Source of the DNA: Ginglymostoma cirratum
Lineage: Eukaryota
Assembly (NCBI GenBank): GCA_024137785.1
Contig: JAHRHZ010000063.1
Coordinates: 53,896,514 to 53,960,513 of the forward strand
DNA length: 64,000 nucleotides
Direction of reading: 5' to 3'
The position numbers and the translations under genes are program-made. Below the pieces are notes generated by a model that was given only the letters and a program-made list of their open reading frames with translations, made no database searches and was not told the DNA's origin. Each line of letters begins with the position of its first letter. Position 1 is the stretch's first letter. Shown in pieces: positions 12,808-25,962 of this stretch.

Positions 12808-13216
12808 ATATCCTGAATGCAAACAGCTCAGGAGGATTTTCCCCAACAAAAGAATGAACGCCTTGTAAAAGAGCAAGTGTCAATCCTGTGATTCTTAGAG
12901 AAGTTTAAATCATGGTGACAAACTTTAGAACGGGTGTTGAATATTGCTGAAAAGCAAAAACAAATGTAAGAATGGCAAATTTAAAATGATCACAAAATTC
13001 AAGTTGTAGGAATAACAAAGATTGGTTGCCATGTTCATTCTTAATTGACAATGTTTTCATGGAGAAAGTCATTTGGACCGAAGAAAAGTAAACCAGCGTT
13101 TAAACAAGTGGAGAACAATACAGCCTTATGGTTATGTGAGACTTCCTTCACATATTTGGACATTAAAATCCTGCAGCCGTGAAAGAGAATGGAAACCAGA
13201 GTTGGTCATTGAACCA

Positions 13217-13343
13217 GAGATGAAAGGTACTGCAGATGCTGGAGAATCCGAGATAACAAGGTGTGGGGCTGGAGGAACACAGCAGGCCAAGCAGCATCAG
13301 AGGAGCAGGAAAGCTTGACGTTTCGGGCCTAGACCCTTCATCA
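13217..13343 (-). mobile_element. 127-bp Penelope pLTR unit (family A) beginning at the hammerhead core
   Basis: Minus strand starts tgatgaagggtctaggcccgaaacgtc. TSD ttgaacca (13209-13216, 13344-13351). Same ends as 42212-42338. Confidence 0.88.
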
Positions 13344-13568
13344 TTGAACCATCCTGTTTAGAGTTTATGTTAAAAGATAAAGATTGACGATAAAATAGTG
13401 TCTGATTTTGAAGAGAAGCAAAAGAAGTTACTGAATCCAAACAATAAGAAACTCAATCCCAGAAAATTTCTGAGACAGTAAGAACTGCCGATGGTGGAGT
13501 AAGAGATAACACAGTGTGGAGCTGGAGGGACACAGCAGGCCAGGCAGCATCAGATGAGCAGGAAAGTT

Positions 13569-13598
13569 GGCGTTTCAGGTCCGGGGACCCTTCTTCAG
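13569..13598 (-). ncRNA. Hammerhead-like motif in the inverted 5' pLTR (degenerate)
   Basis: Minus strand CTGAAGA A GGGTC cccg GACCT GAAA CG CC. The cleavage triplet is mutated. Confidence 0.5.
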
Positions 13599-16141
13599 AA
13601 ATATGGGAGGGCGAAGGGAGCTCGGAAATAAATAGAGAGGAGGGGTGGGGCTGGGGAAGGTAGGTGGGATGGTGATAGGTGAGTGCAGGGTACCCTGCCA
13701 CCAGCTTTACACCCAACCCCACCTTAAGCCCTGCCGGGTCTTCACCGTTCCCCAGACTTGCCCCTCACTGAGGACAAATGGTCAGTCCTCAGTAAAGGAC
13801 TCACCTTCACCCCCTGCGCCCACACATCAATGAATTCCATTCATGCTTGGACATCGAACACTTTTTCCACCACCACCGCTACATGCCTATTTCTTTAACT
13901 GTGAGTCTAACCCCCCCGCTTCTACAGGCCCCTTCTCTCCCCTTCCAACACACCCCATCCTCCTGGACACCGCCCCAAAGCCTCCTACCCTCCCTGGACC
14001 TCTTCATCTCCAACTGCCATCGCGACATCGATCGCCTCAACCTCTCCACCCCTCTCACCCACGACAACTTGTCCCCCACAGAACGCGCAGCCTTCCGCTC
14101 CCTCCACTCCAACCCTAACCTCACCATCAAACCTGCAGATAAATGTGGGGAGGGGAAGTGAGCACAGGAGTGGTATAGCGCACTGACCTTTACATAGCTG
14201 AGGCTAGGTGCCAACTCTCTGACACCACCTCCTACCGCCCCCTTGATCATGACCCCACCCCGACCACCAAAACATCATCTCGCAAACTGTTCACAACCTC
14301 ATCACCTCACGTGACCTCCAGCCCACAGCCTCCAACCTCATCCTTCCCCAACCCCACACTGCCTGTTTCTATCTCCTTCCCAAAATTCACAAACCTGATT
14401 GCCCCGGCCGGGGCATTGTCTCTGCCTGCTCCTGCCCCACCGAACTTATCTCCACTTACCTTGACTATGTTCTTTCCCCCCGGTCCAGGAACTCACCACC
14501 TACGTCCAGGAAACCACCCATGCCCTCCACTTCCCTGGTCCTCAACACCTCATCTTCACCATGGACATCCAATCCCCATACACTTGTATCTCCCACGCAG
14601 ATAGCCTAAAAGCCTTCCGCTTCTTCCTCTCCTGCAGACCCAACCAGTCCCCCTCCCCGACACCCTCAACTGCTTTGCTGAACTCGTCCTTACCCTTAAC
14701 AACTTCTCCTTCAACTCCTTCCACTTCGTACAGACAAAGGGGGTGGCCATGGGAACCCATATGGGCCCAAGCTATGCCTGCCTCTTCTTAGGATACGTGG
14801 AACAATCCCTCTTCTGCAGCTACACTGGCACTATCCCCCACCTTTTCCTCCACTACATTGATGACTGTATCGGCGCTGCCACGTGCTCCCACGAAAAGCT
14901 TGAACAGTTCATCAACTTTACTAACATCTTTCACTCCAACTGCAACTTCATCTGGATCATCTCGGACACCTCCCTCTCCTCCCTGGACCTCTCCGTCTCC
15001 GTCTCCATCTCCATCTCTGGTGACCACCTCGAAACTGATATCAATTTCAAGCCCACCGACTCCCTCAGCTACCTAGACTACACCACCTGTCACCCACCTT
15101 CCTGCAAGAATGTGATCCCCTGCTCCCAATTTCTCTGTCTCCGCCATGTCTGCTCCCAAGATGGGGCGTTCCATTCCCGAACATCCCAGATGTCCTCTTA
15201 TTTCAAGGACTGCAACTTCCCCCTTCAGTGGTCGAAAATGCTCTTGACTGCATCTCTTGTGTTTCCCGCACCTCTGCCCTCACATCCCCTCCCCACAACA
15301 AAAACAAAGACAGAATTCCCTTTGTCCTCACGTATCACCCCATTAACCTCCAGATTCAACGTATTATTCTCCGCCACTTCTGCCATCCACAATCTGACCC
15401 CACTACGAAAGATCTATTTCCCTCCCCACCCCTATCTGCCTTCCGTAGGGCCCGCTCTCTCTGCGACTCCCTCATCCGCTCCACAATCTTGGCTAGCCCC
15501 ACCACCCCCGGCACCTTTCCTTGCAACTGTAGGAAGTGCTAAACCGGCCCCTACACCTCCCCACATCACCACCGCTGCCCCCCCGTCACCCCCCGTCACC
15601 TCCATTCAAGGCACCAAACAAACCTTTCACATCAACACGTGTTCACCTGCACATCCACCAATGTGGTCTATTGCATCCGCTCCTCCTGATGGACCTCCTC
15701 TACATCGGTGAGACCAAGCAGAGGCTTGGAGACCACTTTATAGAGCACCTGCTCTCTGTTTGCGACAAACAACACTTTCCGGTCACAGACCATTTCAACT
15801 CACCAGTGTCACAACAACACCACCTGGAAACTGGAGGAGCAGCACCTCATATTCCGCCTTGGAAGCCTGCAACCCGATGGTCTTAATGTGAACTTTATTA
15901 TTTTCAAAATCTCCCCACCCCCCCTGCCTCATCCTATGACCAAACCTCCCTCTCATCCCCGCCTCCTTGACCTGACATAACCTGACATGTCCATCTTCTC
16001 TCCTATCTATCCGTTCCTCCACCTTACTGACCAATCCCCACCACTGCCTACCTGCACTCACCTATCACCATCCCATCTACCTTCCCAGCCCCACCCCTCC
16101 TCTCTCTCTTTATTTCTGAGCTCCCTTTCCCCTCCCCATTT

Positions 16142-16169
16142 CTGAAGAAGGGTCCTGACCCGAAACGTC
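16142..16169 (+). ncRNA. Minimal type I hammerhead-like motif in the 3' pLTR
   Basis: CTGAAGA A GGGT cctg ACCC GAAA CG TC. Core and stem II are intact but stem I pairing is not evident. Confidence 0.6.
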
Positions 16170-16654
16170 CCCTTTCCTGCTCCTCTGATGCTGCCTGGCC
16201 TGCTGTGCTCCTCCAGCTCCACACTCTGTTGTCCCAGAAAATTGCTTCTGTATTTACACTTCACACCTTCCAGTTGCAACAAGCCCGAGGCATCATCAAT
16301 GATCAATAATGTTGTTCGTGATAAAGTGAACCAGACCAAACCAATTTTCTGACCCAAGACCTGGGAAAGCTGTACACTGTGCTCTAAATGAGCAAGGAAG
16401 CTCACTATGAAAATCATAGAAAATTAAGCCACAAATAGTAAATTCACTTTCGTTTGGAAGAAACTTGAAATTCATAGAAATTGAACTTTAAGCTCTAGCT
16501 ATCAACTGAGATTTGGAAGAGTTGATCCTTACAGTCTGTCTTGATAGTATTATTAAATGGTGTAAATGTGACAACAATGGAGAGAACATTACTTGTGCGG
16601 TATGGAGTGAATTGGTTCAAAATGCGTTCGCAATGTCATGTTCAGATAGTGTTG

Positions 16655-16988
16655 TAGAAACCATCGCTTTGCCAAAGATCCTTAGACAGAACCTTTCAAA
16701 CCATGACCACTTCCATCTAGAAGGACAAGGGTAGCAGATACATGGGATCACCACCATCTTAGAGTTCCCCTCGAAGCCTTTCACCATTCTGACTTGGAAG
16801 TATATAGCCATTCATTCACTGTCGCTGTGTCAAAATCCTGGAGTTCCCTGCTGAACAGCATTGTGGGCCTACAGGAACTGCTATGGTTTAAGGTGGCAGC
16901 TCACCACCGCCTTCCCAAGGGCATATAGGGACAGGCTGTAAATGCTGGTGAGGCAGCAATGCCCACGTTTTGCGAGTGAATAATAAAA
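16655..16988 (+). mobile_element. 3' fragment of a second CR1-group LINE (family B)
   Basis: Homologous to 48820-49300 (-) and 59780-60170 (+). Ends aaatgctgg...gcccacg...gtgaataataaaa. Confidence 0.75.
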
Positions 16989-17465
16989 GGTAATAATTCT
17001 GTATCTTTCTTTAAAAGACATTAGAAGCATAAGATTGTTGCAAACTGACTGTTGTTTGGACTGCCTCTTTTCAATTTAAAGGAAAGAACATCATGATGTG
17101 GGACATGTGATCTCCTGCTAGCTTAGCCTGGCAACTGACCAGGCAATAGTTTCTATAGGTACAGGGGGCACAGATTAAGACTTACTGAACACACATGCCT
17201 TATTTCATACTTGAACAGAGAGGGCTGTATCATCCTGTATTTTAGCTTAAGTGGCGATTTTCGGGGAGGTTCCCTCAGTGGGCAATTCAGACTTTGCTTC
17301 TGCAAACTTCCACTACTTGGGTCATTATTTAGGCATCCAGGCTTTGTGACTCCTTCCTCATTTGATCGTCCCATCACACAGGCAGGTTTTCTCGCTGCTG
17401 GTGTTCATGCCGTGTTTAAACTGTAGCTTCACACCAGCTGCAAATGCTGCAAAGCCAGGAATACC

Positions 17466-17952
17466 ATCACAAATGCATTGCTCAATGCAATTGTAAAGGA
17501 GCTGGTTGAACAAGGGAAGTTGGCGCACTGGTTCACTGACGGGAATGTGAAGGGCCTGGTGTGCTCATAACTGCAATAGGATCGCAGCAGCAGTCACTGC
17601 CAGCTTAGTCAGTGATACCACCCATCGTCAGTGCCATTTTCACAATCAGAAGCAACTTGAGCGCTGCCGTAAGATGTCAACAACCTTCACCCACCTCAGC
17701 TTCCCAAGCTACGAAGCTTTCCTGCCGTTCCTACTCACTCACCGGGATCATCCCATCACCTCTCCTGCTCGTGAACTACCACCAACAGCTCCTTCAGCCA
17801 CTTGAATCCCACTCGATATCCTTGTTTGTACCATTGCAGGAGTAAAAGACCAAAATAGGACTGAGAAGGCAAATATGGGCGTGGCGTCTGGGGTGGTCAA
17901 CACTTTGCTCATTCTTCTCGATGAGGAAATTTTTGAACTTATTGGAAAGGAT
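17466..17952 (+). pseudogene. Decayed Myb/SANT-like DNA-binding gene of a PIF/Harbinger transposon
   Basis: Peptides ITNALLNAIVKELVEQ and RIAAAVTAS...TTHRQC, a gtaag donor at 17669, a ttgcag acceptor at 17839, then QNRTEKANMG...DEEIFELIG. Contains stops and frameshifts. Confidence 0.5.
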
Positions 17953-20900
17953 CATGGCTGCTCATGTGGGGTTGCTAAGGCTTCCATGTTGAAGTGACGA
18001 AGTGAACTGCATTGTGCTGTGCTGTTCTACCATTACCTCCACCGTTAATCGTATTCAAACACGTTCAAACTTCTACCCCTGTAGCACAACTGATCCCATC
18101 TCTTACATTAGGCAAACACCAGCAACACCTACACAGCCTCCACTCTGAAACAACTAGCTCCTCCAGCCATCAATTCCTCTTCCAGTTTAGGGGGGAAAAT
18201 GTCACTATCCCTCAAACAATATGCCAGCATGGTTTTCTCCTGCAGCCTCCTCCAGCTCAGAGACTGTCTCACCTCCATGCGAGCGCTCTCTAGATTAGAC
18301 TTGGGTGCACAACCGCTGTTGGGCATATCACTGGCACATCTCTGCAACTGGCCAAGGTTGAAACACACGCAAGGTCACCTGCTGGAGACCAGACGTCTCA
18401 GCTGTGGCCCCAGCAGAAGGTGACCCAGTGGGTGGTGGTCATTAATAACCTTGAGCCAATGCTTAGCCGAGCCCAGGAGCAGCAGAGCTTTTTGTTTTGA
18501 GAGTCAGTCAACTGGATTGAAGGTTCAAGGAGTTCACTAACATTATCAGTTCAGAGTTGGCTCCATTGTCTGTCTGTTTGGCCGTCTCCATTAACAGGTT
18601 GGCAGGTTGTAATTGAAAGTCATATCCAATCTGCTGCAAAAAGACAGCATCATAACAAGGTGACAAGACAGCAAGGGACCTAGACCTCAACACAGATGTC
18701 CCTTCTTCCCCAGAGGGCAGGCTAGTTCTAATGGGCAGCAAGACAGAGAATGAGCTACATCAAGATCCTCCAGAATTCTCGGGAGACCACCAGAAGTGCC
18801 CAGGCCCTCAACCTCCCCATTACCTAACTCTAACCCTCAGGGTGTTGCTGTCAGGGAGGGTGCCCCTGCCTCTGCGCAGGACACTCTCAGACTGTCTGGT
18901 GTCTCTAGCCACAAACAGCCTCATCCGTCAAAATCTTCTGGCATCTACAACACAGGAGGCTGTTTCCACCTCGGCTGTGCAACCAGACCCAATGAGAAGG
19001 CAAAGAGAATGAAAACCCTTTGAGGGCAGGAGATGGCCTGGGTAAAAATACCTCGTAAATGGAACATCGCATCTGAAAATATGTGCGCAGAGTTAAGCCG
19101 TGTGTTGATACATCCCAACGAGAACAGAAGTTACAATAGCAAGACATTGCTCATCTCTGAGAGGTATCCTGGCTAGCACTAGATCTCAGACATTCTTTCA
19201 ACCCTTTCATTCACGATTGCAGCCGAGACTTAGTATTTTGGGAGGAGATTACCGATCTCAAGGTTAACGTGAGCACTTTGTAATCAGTCCTTTCCTTCAC
19301 TTATGTTCCACATTTTATGTCATCATTCATGACTGTGCATTTCTCGGAGGGCAAAAGCATGTTCTATCTGTGTGTCTTATCAGGGAACGCAGACTTAGTA
19401 AAGCAAGAATGATGTCCAGTACTGCATTAAAAGCCAAAGTCTGCCTTATAGTGCACTGCCCTGGTGTCAAGTATGGTTTTAAGTTCAGAGTGGGTTACTT
19501 TTGACATTGACATGAAATATACTTCAGCACTGTATGTTCATTTAGCACTGTTTGCAAAAATACTTGTAAGGTCTGCAGAACTGCATCGTAGAAGTCGTGA
19601 GAGTAAACTTTAAGACTCAAGAGTATAAGAGTCGGATATATTCTGGATTTTTGCTTGGTTGCTCTTCCAAGTCCAGATGCTTTTGTTCACAAGAAAATGT
19701 ATCAGACTCTTTTCAAAAAGAATGAAGTCTATCGGTCAAAATTGGACCTTGGAACGAGAGTCCTCAATCAGCCACGTATCTTTGTGTTGTAACTGAACCG
19801 GGAGTTTTAATTTTGAGTCCAATATTTGGACGAGGTCACAACACAGATAAAGCTCACCTCCACGGCCTGACTAAAATGCAGATGTACAAAAATACAGGCC
19901 TGAAAACTAAATTATGAATGCAGTCTGCGGCAGAATTGTTGTAAAGAGGGAATGCTTTGGAAAAGCCATTTATATGTAAAAATTGAATGCAAGAAATTCC
20001 TAATGTGAGCTTGATGGATGAAATTATTAGTCACATATTTCTCCACAGGCTTTTAAAATTGGGATCGGTTTCATTATATAGTCAGTGACTTATTTTTCCC
20101 TCTAGTGAGCCTGAAGACAAAGCCTATTTTGAAATTTTGAATCTTATCATGTATTTTGCCTTATAGGTCAGCCTTAGTTGAACTTTGTACATTAGCATTT
20201 ACATAAAGAGTAGACAATAAATTTACTAGGATCGCTTTGAATTGAATGCAGCTTAATTGAAATGCAGGTCCGTTGCATCCCCTATAACAGCCAATGGAAT
20301 GGTTTTATTTCAGTTGCCACAAAGCCCTGCATATATTTTCCTGAAGAAGCCAGTTAGCTGTTCCTGAAGGGAGATAGATATGGTTCTGTAAAGTCAAGAA
20401 TGTGGTTCCTGAAAGCTGCATTGCCTGGCTGTTACCAGGATTACAGACATCATCTCTAGCCTGGAGAGGAACTTGGAGTGGGGGCAGAAAGATCAATTTA
20501 TCAAGATACCTAAGGCATGTGTAGGACTAAGAAAGAGATTTTGCTGAAAAAGTGTGAACAGCGAGGAAATAAATTAAATCCACACAGAAGTAACAATCTG
20601 TGAATTATTACTTGAGCTAAATATCGGGCTTAAAAAGATTGGTGTGTGAGAATTGAGTGTTGGTGCAGCTTTACATGTTCATTTCGCAGTGTTCACAAAA
20701 ATGTTTGTGAGGTGTTCAGAACGACATCACATAAGTTGTAAAATTAGACTTTAAGACTAAGAGTAAACAGGAAGATATATTGTAGAGTTTTGCCTGATTT
20801 CCTTTCTGTGTCCAGAAGCTTTTGCTAATTAGAAAATGTATTAGGTAGTTGATTGTGAAAATTAAATATGTTTAGGAAAGTCTCAGTCTAAATTGGATGC

Positions 20901-22054
20901 CTAGTTTTCTGGGACTACGGTGACTTTACTTCACTTTTTACATTGATGTAACGACAAGTCAAATGGAATAGAAGGCAACAGAGAGTTTAATGATGGGAGT
21001 GCATCAGAGAGTAAAACTTACGGAGGGAATAGTCATTGAAAGATTATAAATGTAACTCAATTCATCTGAATGTGTGGAGTATCTGCAATAATTCAAAAAA
21101 AAAAACTAGCAGCACCAAAAGAAGTGAGTGATTCAGGTTTATTTGCCAATGACTGAGGCACAGTTACAAGGTGACCAAGGCTGAGAAAAAAATATATTCC
21201 AGGGTGCAAAACATTTTGAAACGGCAGGCAAAGTTCAGGAAGATCCATTGGTGGGTTACTAAAAATTGTAAGTATATTGTCATGACCACACCAGGTTCCA
21301 CTTCAGAGTCATTCCTGAAATGCAATATTTTAAACCTCATTACTTTTTCAGTTTCATTTTAAAAAGAATAGGCTGTATAGTTTTCAGCAAGATAAAGTAT
21401 AGTTTAGATACATATCTATGGCTAAGAGTTACTAATCGAAAAGAACTGCAGTTATTCGCTAAACTAGACATACAAAGATTAAATAGGTAAAATAAAATAT
21501 GATTACAAAAATGAAAATGAGATCAGCTTCTGTTACCAGTGTAGGGTTTAAGTTACTTGATTTTTCTTTCGAAGATGAAGGGATTGAAAGCTTGAAGTCA
21601 GAATTCAAAAGTTGTGATGACTTTTCAGTTGAACAGTTGGAGGTCGCTTGTACAGTGGACTCAGTAGGTAAAGAAGGCTTTGTTTTGTGGCTATACAGAT
21701 CACCTAGACATTTTTAACAGACCAAAACTTGAAATCTCCTCTCCTTTTGCTCCCTTAGTCCCAGAACTCTGTCTTTGAGGATGTCTGTCAGTTGTTCTTT
21801 GGAAATGTTAGATAAAAATGATTACTCGTAGCTGACTTTATGCAGGTCAACTTAAAATGTTTGTTATGCTAAAATTGACAACCGGGAAGGATAATTTAGT
21901 TATTGACCCATGCAGTACTTCTTTAGAAGAGATGTTTAACATTTTAACTATCTCAGCCATTAGCTTGGATGGCTCCCATTATTACATTGCAATGAGCTAG
22001 GGAGCAGTATGAGTTTTTCCATTAACTTGTCATCATTTTTCTCCAGATATTGTC

Positions 22055-22157
22055 TGATCTGCATGTTGAGAGATGTTACGCCAGCTTCTTATGCAGGGGA
22101 AACCCGAACCTGGGCCTTCTGGCTGAGAGATAGGGACAGCACCACATGAGCTCTCAT
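22055..22157 (-). mobile_element. Short tRNA-headed SINE (about 100 bp)
   Basis: Minus strand gagctcatgtggtgc...tccctatctctcagccagaaggcccaggttcg...taacatctc, related to 36633-36742 and 41765-41865. Confidence 0.55.
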
Positions 22158-22379
22158 GGAGAAGATCATTAGTTCCTCTTTTCTCTTGGTAGTGTCCATT
22201 GAATTTCAAATAAGTGTCTTGTGATTTGTTCCTGAGATAAGCATAGTCTATTCCCAACACGAGCTGAGGTCCATCAGATTAGTCATGTGATTTCTGGGAA
22301 CCATTTTTATGGCTGTGCCCATTTTAAAGGCTAACTGACTTTGTTTACAAAATGTATATAATATTCAAATTTATACAAT

Positions 22380-23910
22380 ATAATAAGCACTGAATTACAA
22401 GAAGAGGCTCATAATGTTGCAAAGAACATTAGTATGTCTAAGGATTGGCAACGCTTTAGAAATTGACAAAGGGCCAGCAGACATGAGTAAAAAGGAAAAG
22501 TTAAATTTTGGGAGTAGTCAGGAATATGAAAATAGACTGTAAGAGCTTTTACAAACAAACACGAAGAGAGTAGCTAAAGTAAACATCAGTCCCTTGGAAG
22601 CAGAGACTGGGAAATTATCAAAGACAATCAAGAAATGGCACAGATATTGAACAAATACTTTCCACCTGTCTTTACAGTAGAAGAAACAAGTTACATATTA
22701 GAAATGGAGAGCAATTAGGGGTTACTAAAGATTGGAGAAATAAAGGTAATCAATGTCAGCAGAGAGGAAGAATGGGAGAAGCTCGAGGGATGTAAATCAA
22801 ACAAGCGTTTAGGATCTGATAGCCTACTTGCTACAGTCCTAATCGTACCTACTGGAGCTGAAATGACGCTTGCTATGCATTCTTGAATTGACCCAACAGC
22901 TTAATAGTTAGAAAATATAAAGCCACTATTCAAAGGTGGAGGGAGAGAGAGAGATAATAGGGAACTACAGATCAGTTAATTTTATGTCAGCTATTTGGAA
23001 AGTGCTGGTATCTGTTGCCAAGGATTTCTTAACAATACACTCAGAAAAGAATATTAGAATGATTTGAACAAGTTGATGTGAATTTATGGAAGACACAAAA
23101 CTTGTTTGGCTAATTTATTTCAGTTTTTGAGCATGTAGCTAGCAAGATTGATAAAGCTGAACCAATAGTTGAAGTATACCTAGATTTCCAAATTGCATTC
23201 AACAAGGTGCTACACAAAAGGTTAGTAGGTAAGATTAAGGTTGATACACTGGTATGGATAGAGAATTTGTCAATGGACAGGAGGCATGACAGTAGAGATA
23301 AATGGAGTATTTTCAAGTTGGCTGTCCATAAATCGTGCCATACCGTAAGGATTCGTGCTGGGGCTTCAGTTATTTAGAATCTAGATTCATGATTTAGATG
23401 AAGAAATGATTTAAACGATAAATGTGTATAATATTACTGATGATATAAAGCTAGGTTGGAATGCAGGCTGTGAGAAGGACACAAAGAGCTAAAGCGGATA
23501 TGGACAGTGGACCAAAAGGCTGCAGAAGGAGTACAATGTGGGGAAGCATGTGAGATTATTCACTTGGTCGTAAAAATATAAAATAATCTTAAAAGGTATG
23601 AAACTTTAAAATGTTGTTTGAAAGCAAATGGCACGTTATCTATTATTGCAAGGGAACTGGAATACAGGAATAAAATAAATCTCACAGCAATTATATGGAG
23701 CTTTGGTGGGACAATATATGGAATATTATATGCAATTATGGTCCATACTTCAGGAAGAATATGATTGTTTTGGAGGCATTGCAACAAGGATTGATCACAT
23801 TGGTTCCTGGAATGACAGAGTTGACCTATGATGAGAGGCTGAATAAATTAGATCTATATTTTCTGAGCATAGTAGAATGAGAGGTGATCTCATTAAAATG
23901 TATGAAGCCA
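22380..23910 (+). mobile_element. Old, highly decayed CR1 LINE ORF2 region
   Basis: GNYR (gggaactacaga) and YLDFQIAFNKV (tacctagatttccaaattgcattcaacaagg) motifs, and LVPGMTELTYDERLNKL near the end. Confidence 0.8.
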
Positions 23911-25962
23911 TCCATATTCAGTGGTAATTACTTTCTCCAAGTTCAATTTTCAGCTATTTCTCTGTTAAGAGGCAGTACTTTTCTTGTTGGAAAGTGATTT
24001 CATAAAAGATGACATTTAGTTTTAAATTAACGATTGTCAGTGAAACTTGCATTCATTAATGTGAGGGAGATCTATCTGATACATCTTTGTTTGCATAACA
24101 GGCTCCCAGTTCAGGCAGGGCACAGTCTGCCCATCACTGGGAAGAGACTTCCATCACATCAATCTGGAGGGCATTTGGTGTCAGTTTATAGAAGTGGCAG
24201 GGTAATGTGCTTCTAAACTGAGTCGCATGTCTCTTCTACAAAAATACAAGGAAAATTGTCTGGTATTTAATATGAAAATATCACCTCAATGATAGTGAAT
24301 GGAACAAAAGATAATCAGTATTCAATGACCTACCTTCAAGTAAAATGAATCAAGGTAAAATGTCTTGTATTTAATTAAATCTTCTGAAACTACAACCTCA
24401 TATTAATTAATATTTACTCTGAGGGCAATGGTTTAGGATGCTGACTTGTGGTGAGTAATACTTGAAGTTCATTATATAGTTAATTGGTGCCTTCTCTCCT
24501 GAATTATATTATGGACTTTACGGTAAGTTTCCAAGAACATTTAATCACATCTTAAATGTTATCATCTCAGCTGCGGTTTCTATTTCAAGTCAAATTACTA
24601 TGACTGCGCCAATTAAATTTATGTTATAAATCAAGCAAAACTGAGGTTTGAAAAATGAGTTTATACCAGATTTAATAACTGAGCTAGATTTTCCAATGTC
24701 TCATTATTCAGTATCAATTTATTATGTCAGTAGATGTGCCACACAGTTTCTTTTGCCACGTTCGTGTTATATAGTGACAATTGGAATCATGGATTAAGAA
24801 AAGCAAAATTTAATCAGTGATAGAGCATGAAGTACTCAAAACTGATGACCTGCAGAGAAATTAAAAAAGCTAAAGCTTGTTACATTCGTTATATTAATCG
24901 TAGGTGGGCCATAGCATTCTATTTTAAAATGCTTTCAAACCTCTGGTAGAGTAGCAACCTAATTCTATGGAAACCCCATTATAAAAGTTTTTGTCCACAA
25001 TACCTGATATACTCATGAGTTGTGATAAACCTTTTTTTCTCCCCTCTCTCAATGCGAAGTTCTGCTAATATTAATAAAACTATAATGCTACACCACCTTG
25101 CCTCAGTGGAGGAAATAGAGGCTATGCAGTTATGCTGATTGTGGCACGTAGCTACTAAAAATGTAAAGAGGTGTCATATAATTTTGGCATTCAGAACGAG
25201 AGATAATTTTGCAGAGCCCCTTCCACTGATGTACTTTTTTCAATGTCTGCCCTACCAAATTGCTTCCTCCTTCAACCCCACTGATGTAAGTCCACCTGGG
25301 TTATGAGGCAATACATTTCCAGTCTACTCCATCAAGGTACTTGACACTTTCCCCTTCCCTGTTTTTATCAGCTGCCCTTAACCCTTTCTCCACATTGCCT
25401 TCCCTTCCAATCTACTTCCAAATTCCCCTTCCCTGTTATCTTTCCTTGTTGTCTCTCCCCATTCCTCCCATTCCACCCTTAGCTGAGCTACAAGTTTAGT
25501 ATCTCTGTACTCGCAGAACAAGGGAAAAGCATGTAATAAGAATGATGACATAGATTTGGATGAAACATCGTGTCACTGACATAAAGTATAAGCATTCTGT
25601 CTGCTTGTCATATAACTCATGAAGTTGATGAGCAGCATTCAAATGTTCATGTCCAGAAAGGTTTAAAATAGACTTGGATGACTGCCCAAATATAGAGACA
25701 CACACAACAGATCCCACTACAACTGTTTCCACAACTTGCTTATCCTAGAACAGCTTAGTTGAATGAAGCCAGAGACTATAGCTTGGTGGGCGTCACTCTG
25801 CTCCAAGCATGGCTGACCAAAGTCTGTTCTGCTTTAACTACCTACTGTAGGAATGTAGGAAAGATTTGCAGGCTAACAAAGACCATGCTTGATTGCACTA
25901 TGAACATACTTTCTTTGGCCCTCAAGTCCAGGAATGTGACAAGTGTCATTGAGTCATATAGC

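Larger units (their letters stand above)
13469..16231 (+). mobile_element. Penelope-like retroelement, 5'-truncated and frameshifted (RT + GIY-YIG endonuclease, inverted pLTRs)
   Basis: Motifs LTIKPADK, GVAMGTHMGPSYACLF, YIDDCIG, NVVYCIR and LYIGETKQRLGDHFIEHL. Inverted repeats at about 13504-13690 and 16050-16231. 12-bp TSD tcccagaaaatt (13457-13468, 16232-16243). Confidence 0.95.

Noticed and set aside
14743-15711. 322-aa ORF as a functional host gene
   Set aside because: It is a frameshifted piece of the Penelope RT, and its C-terminal half is out of frame.
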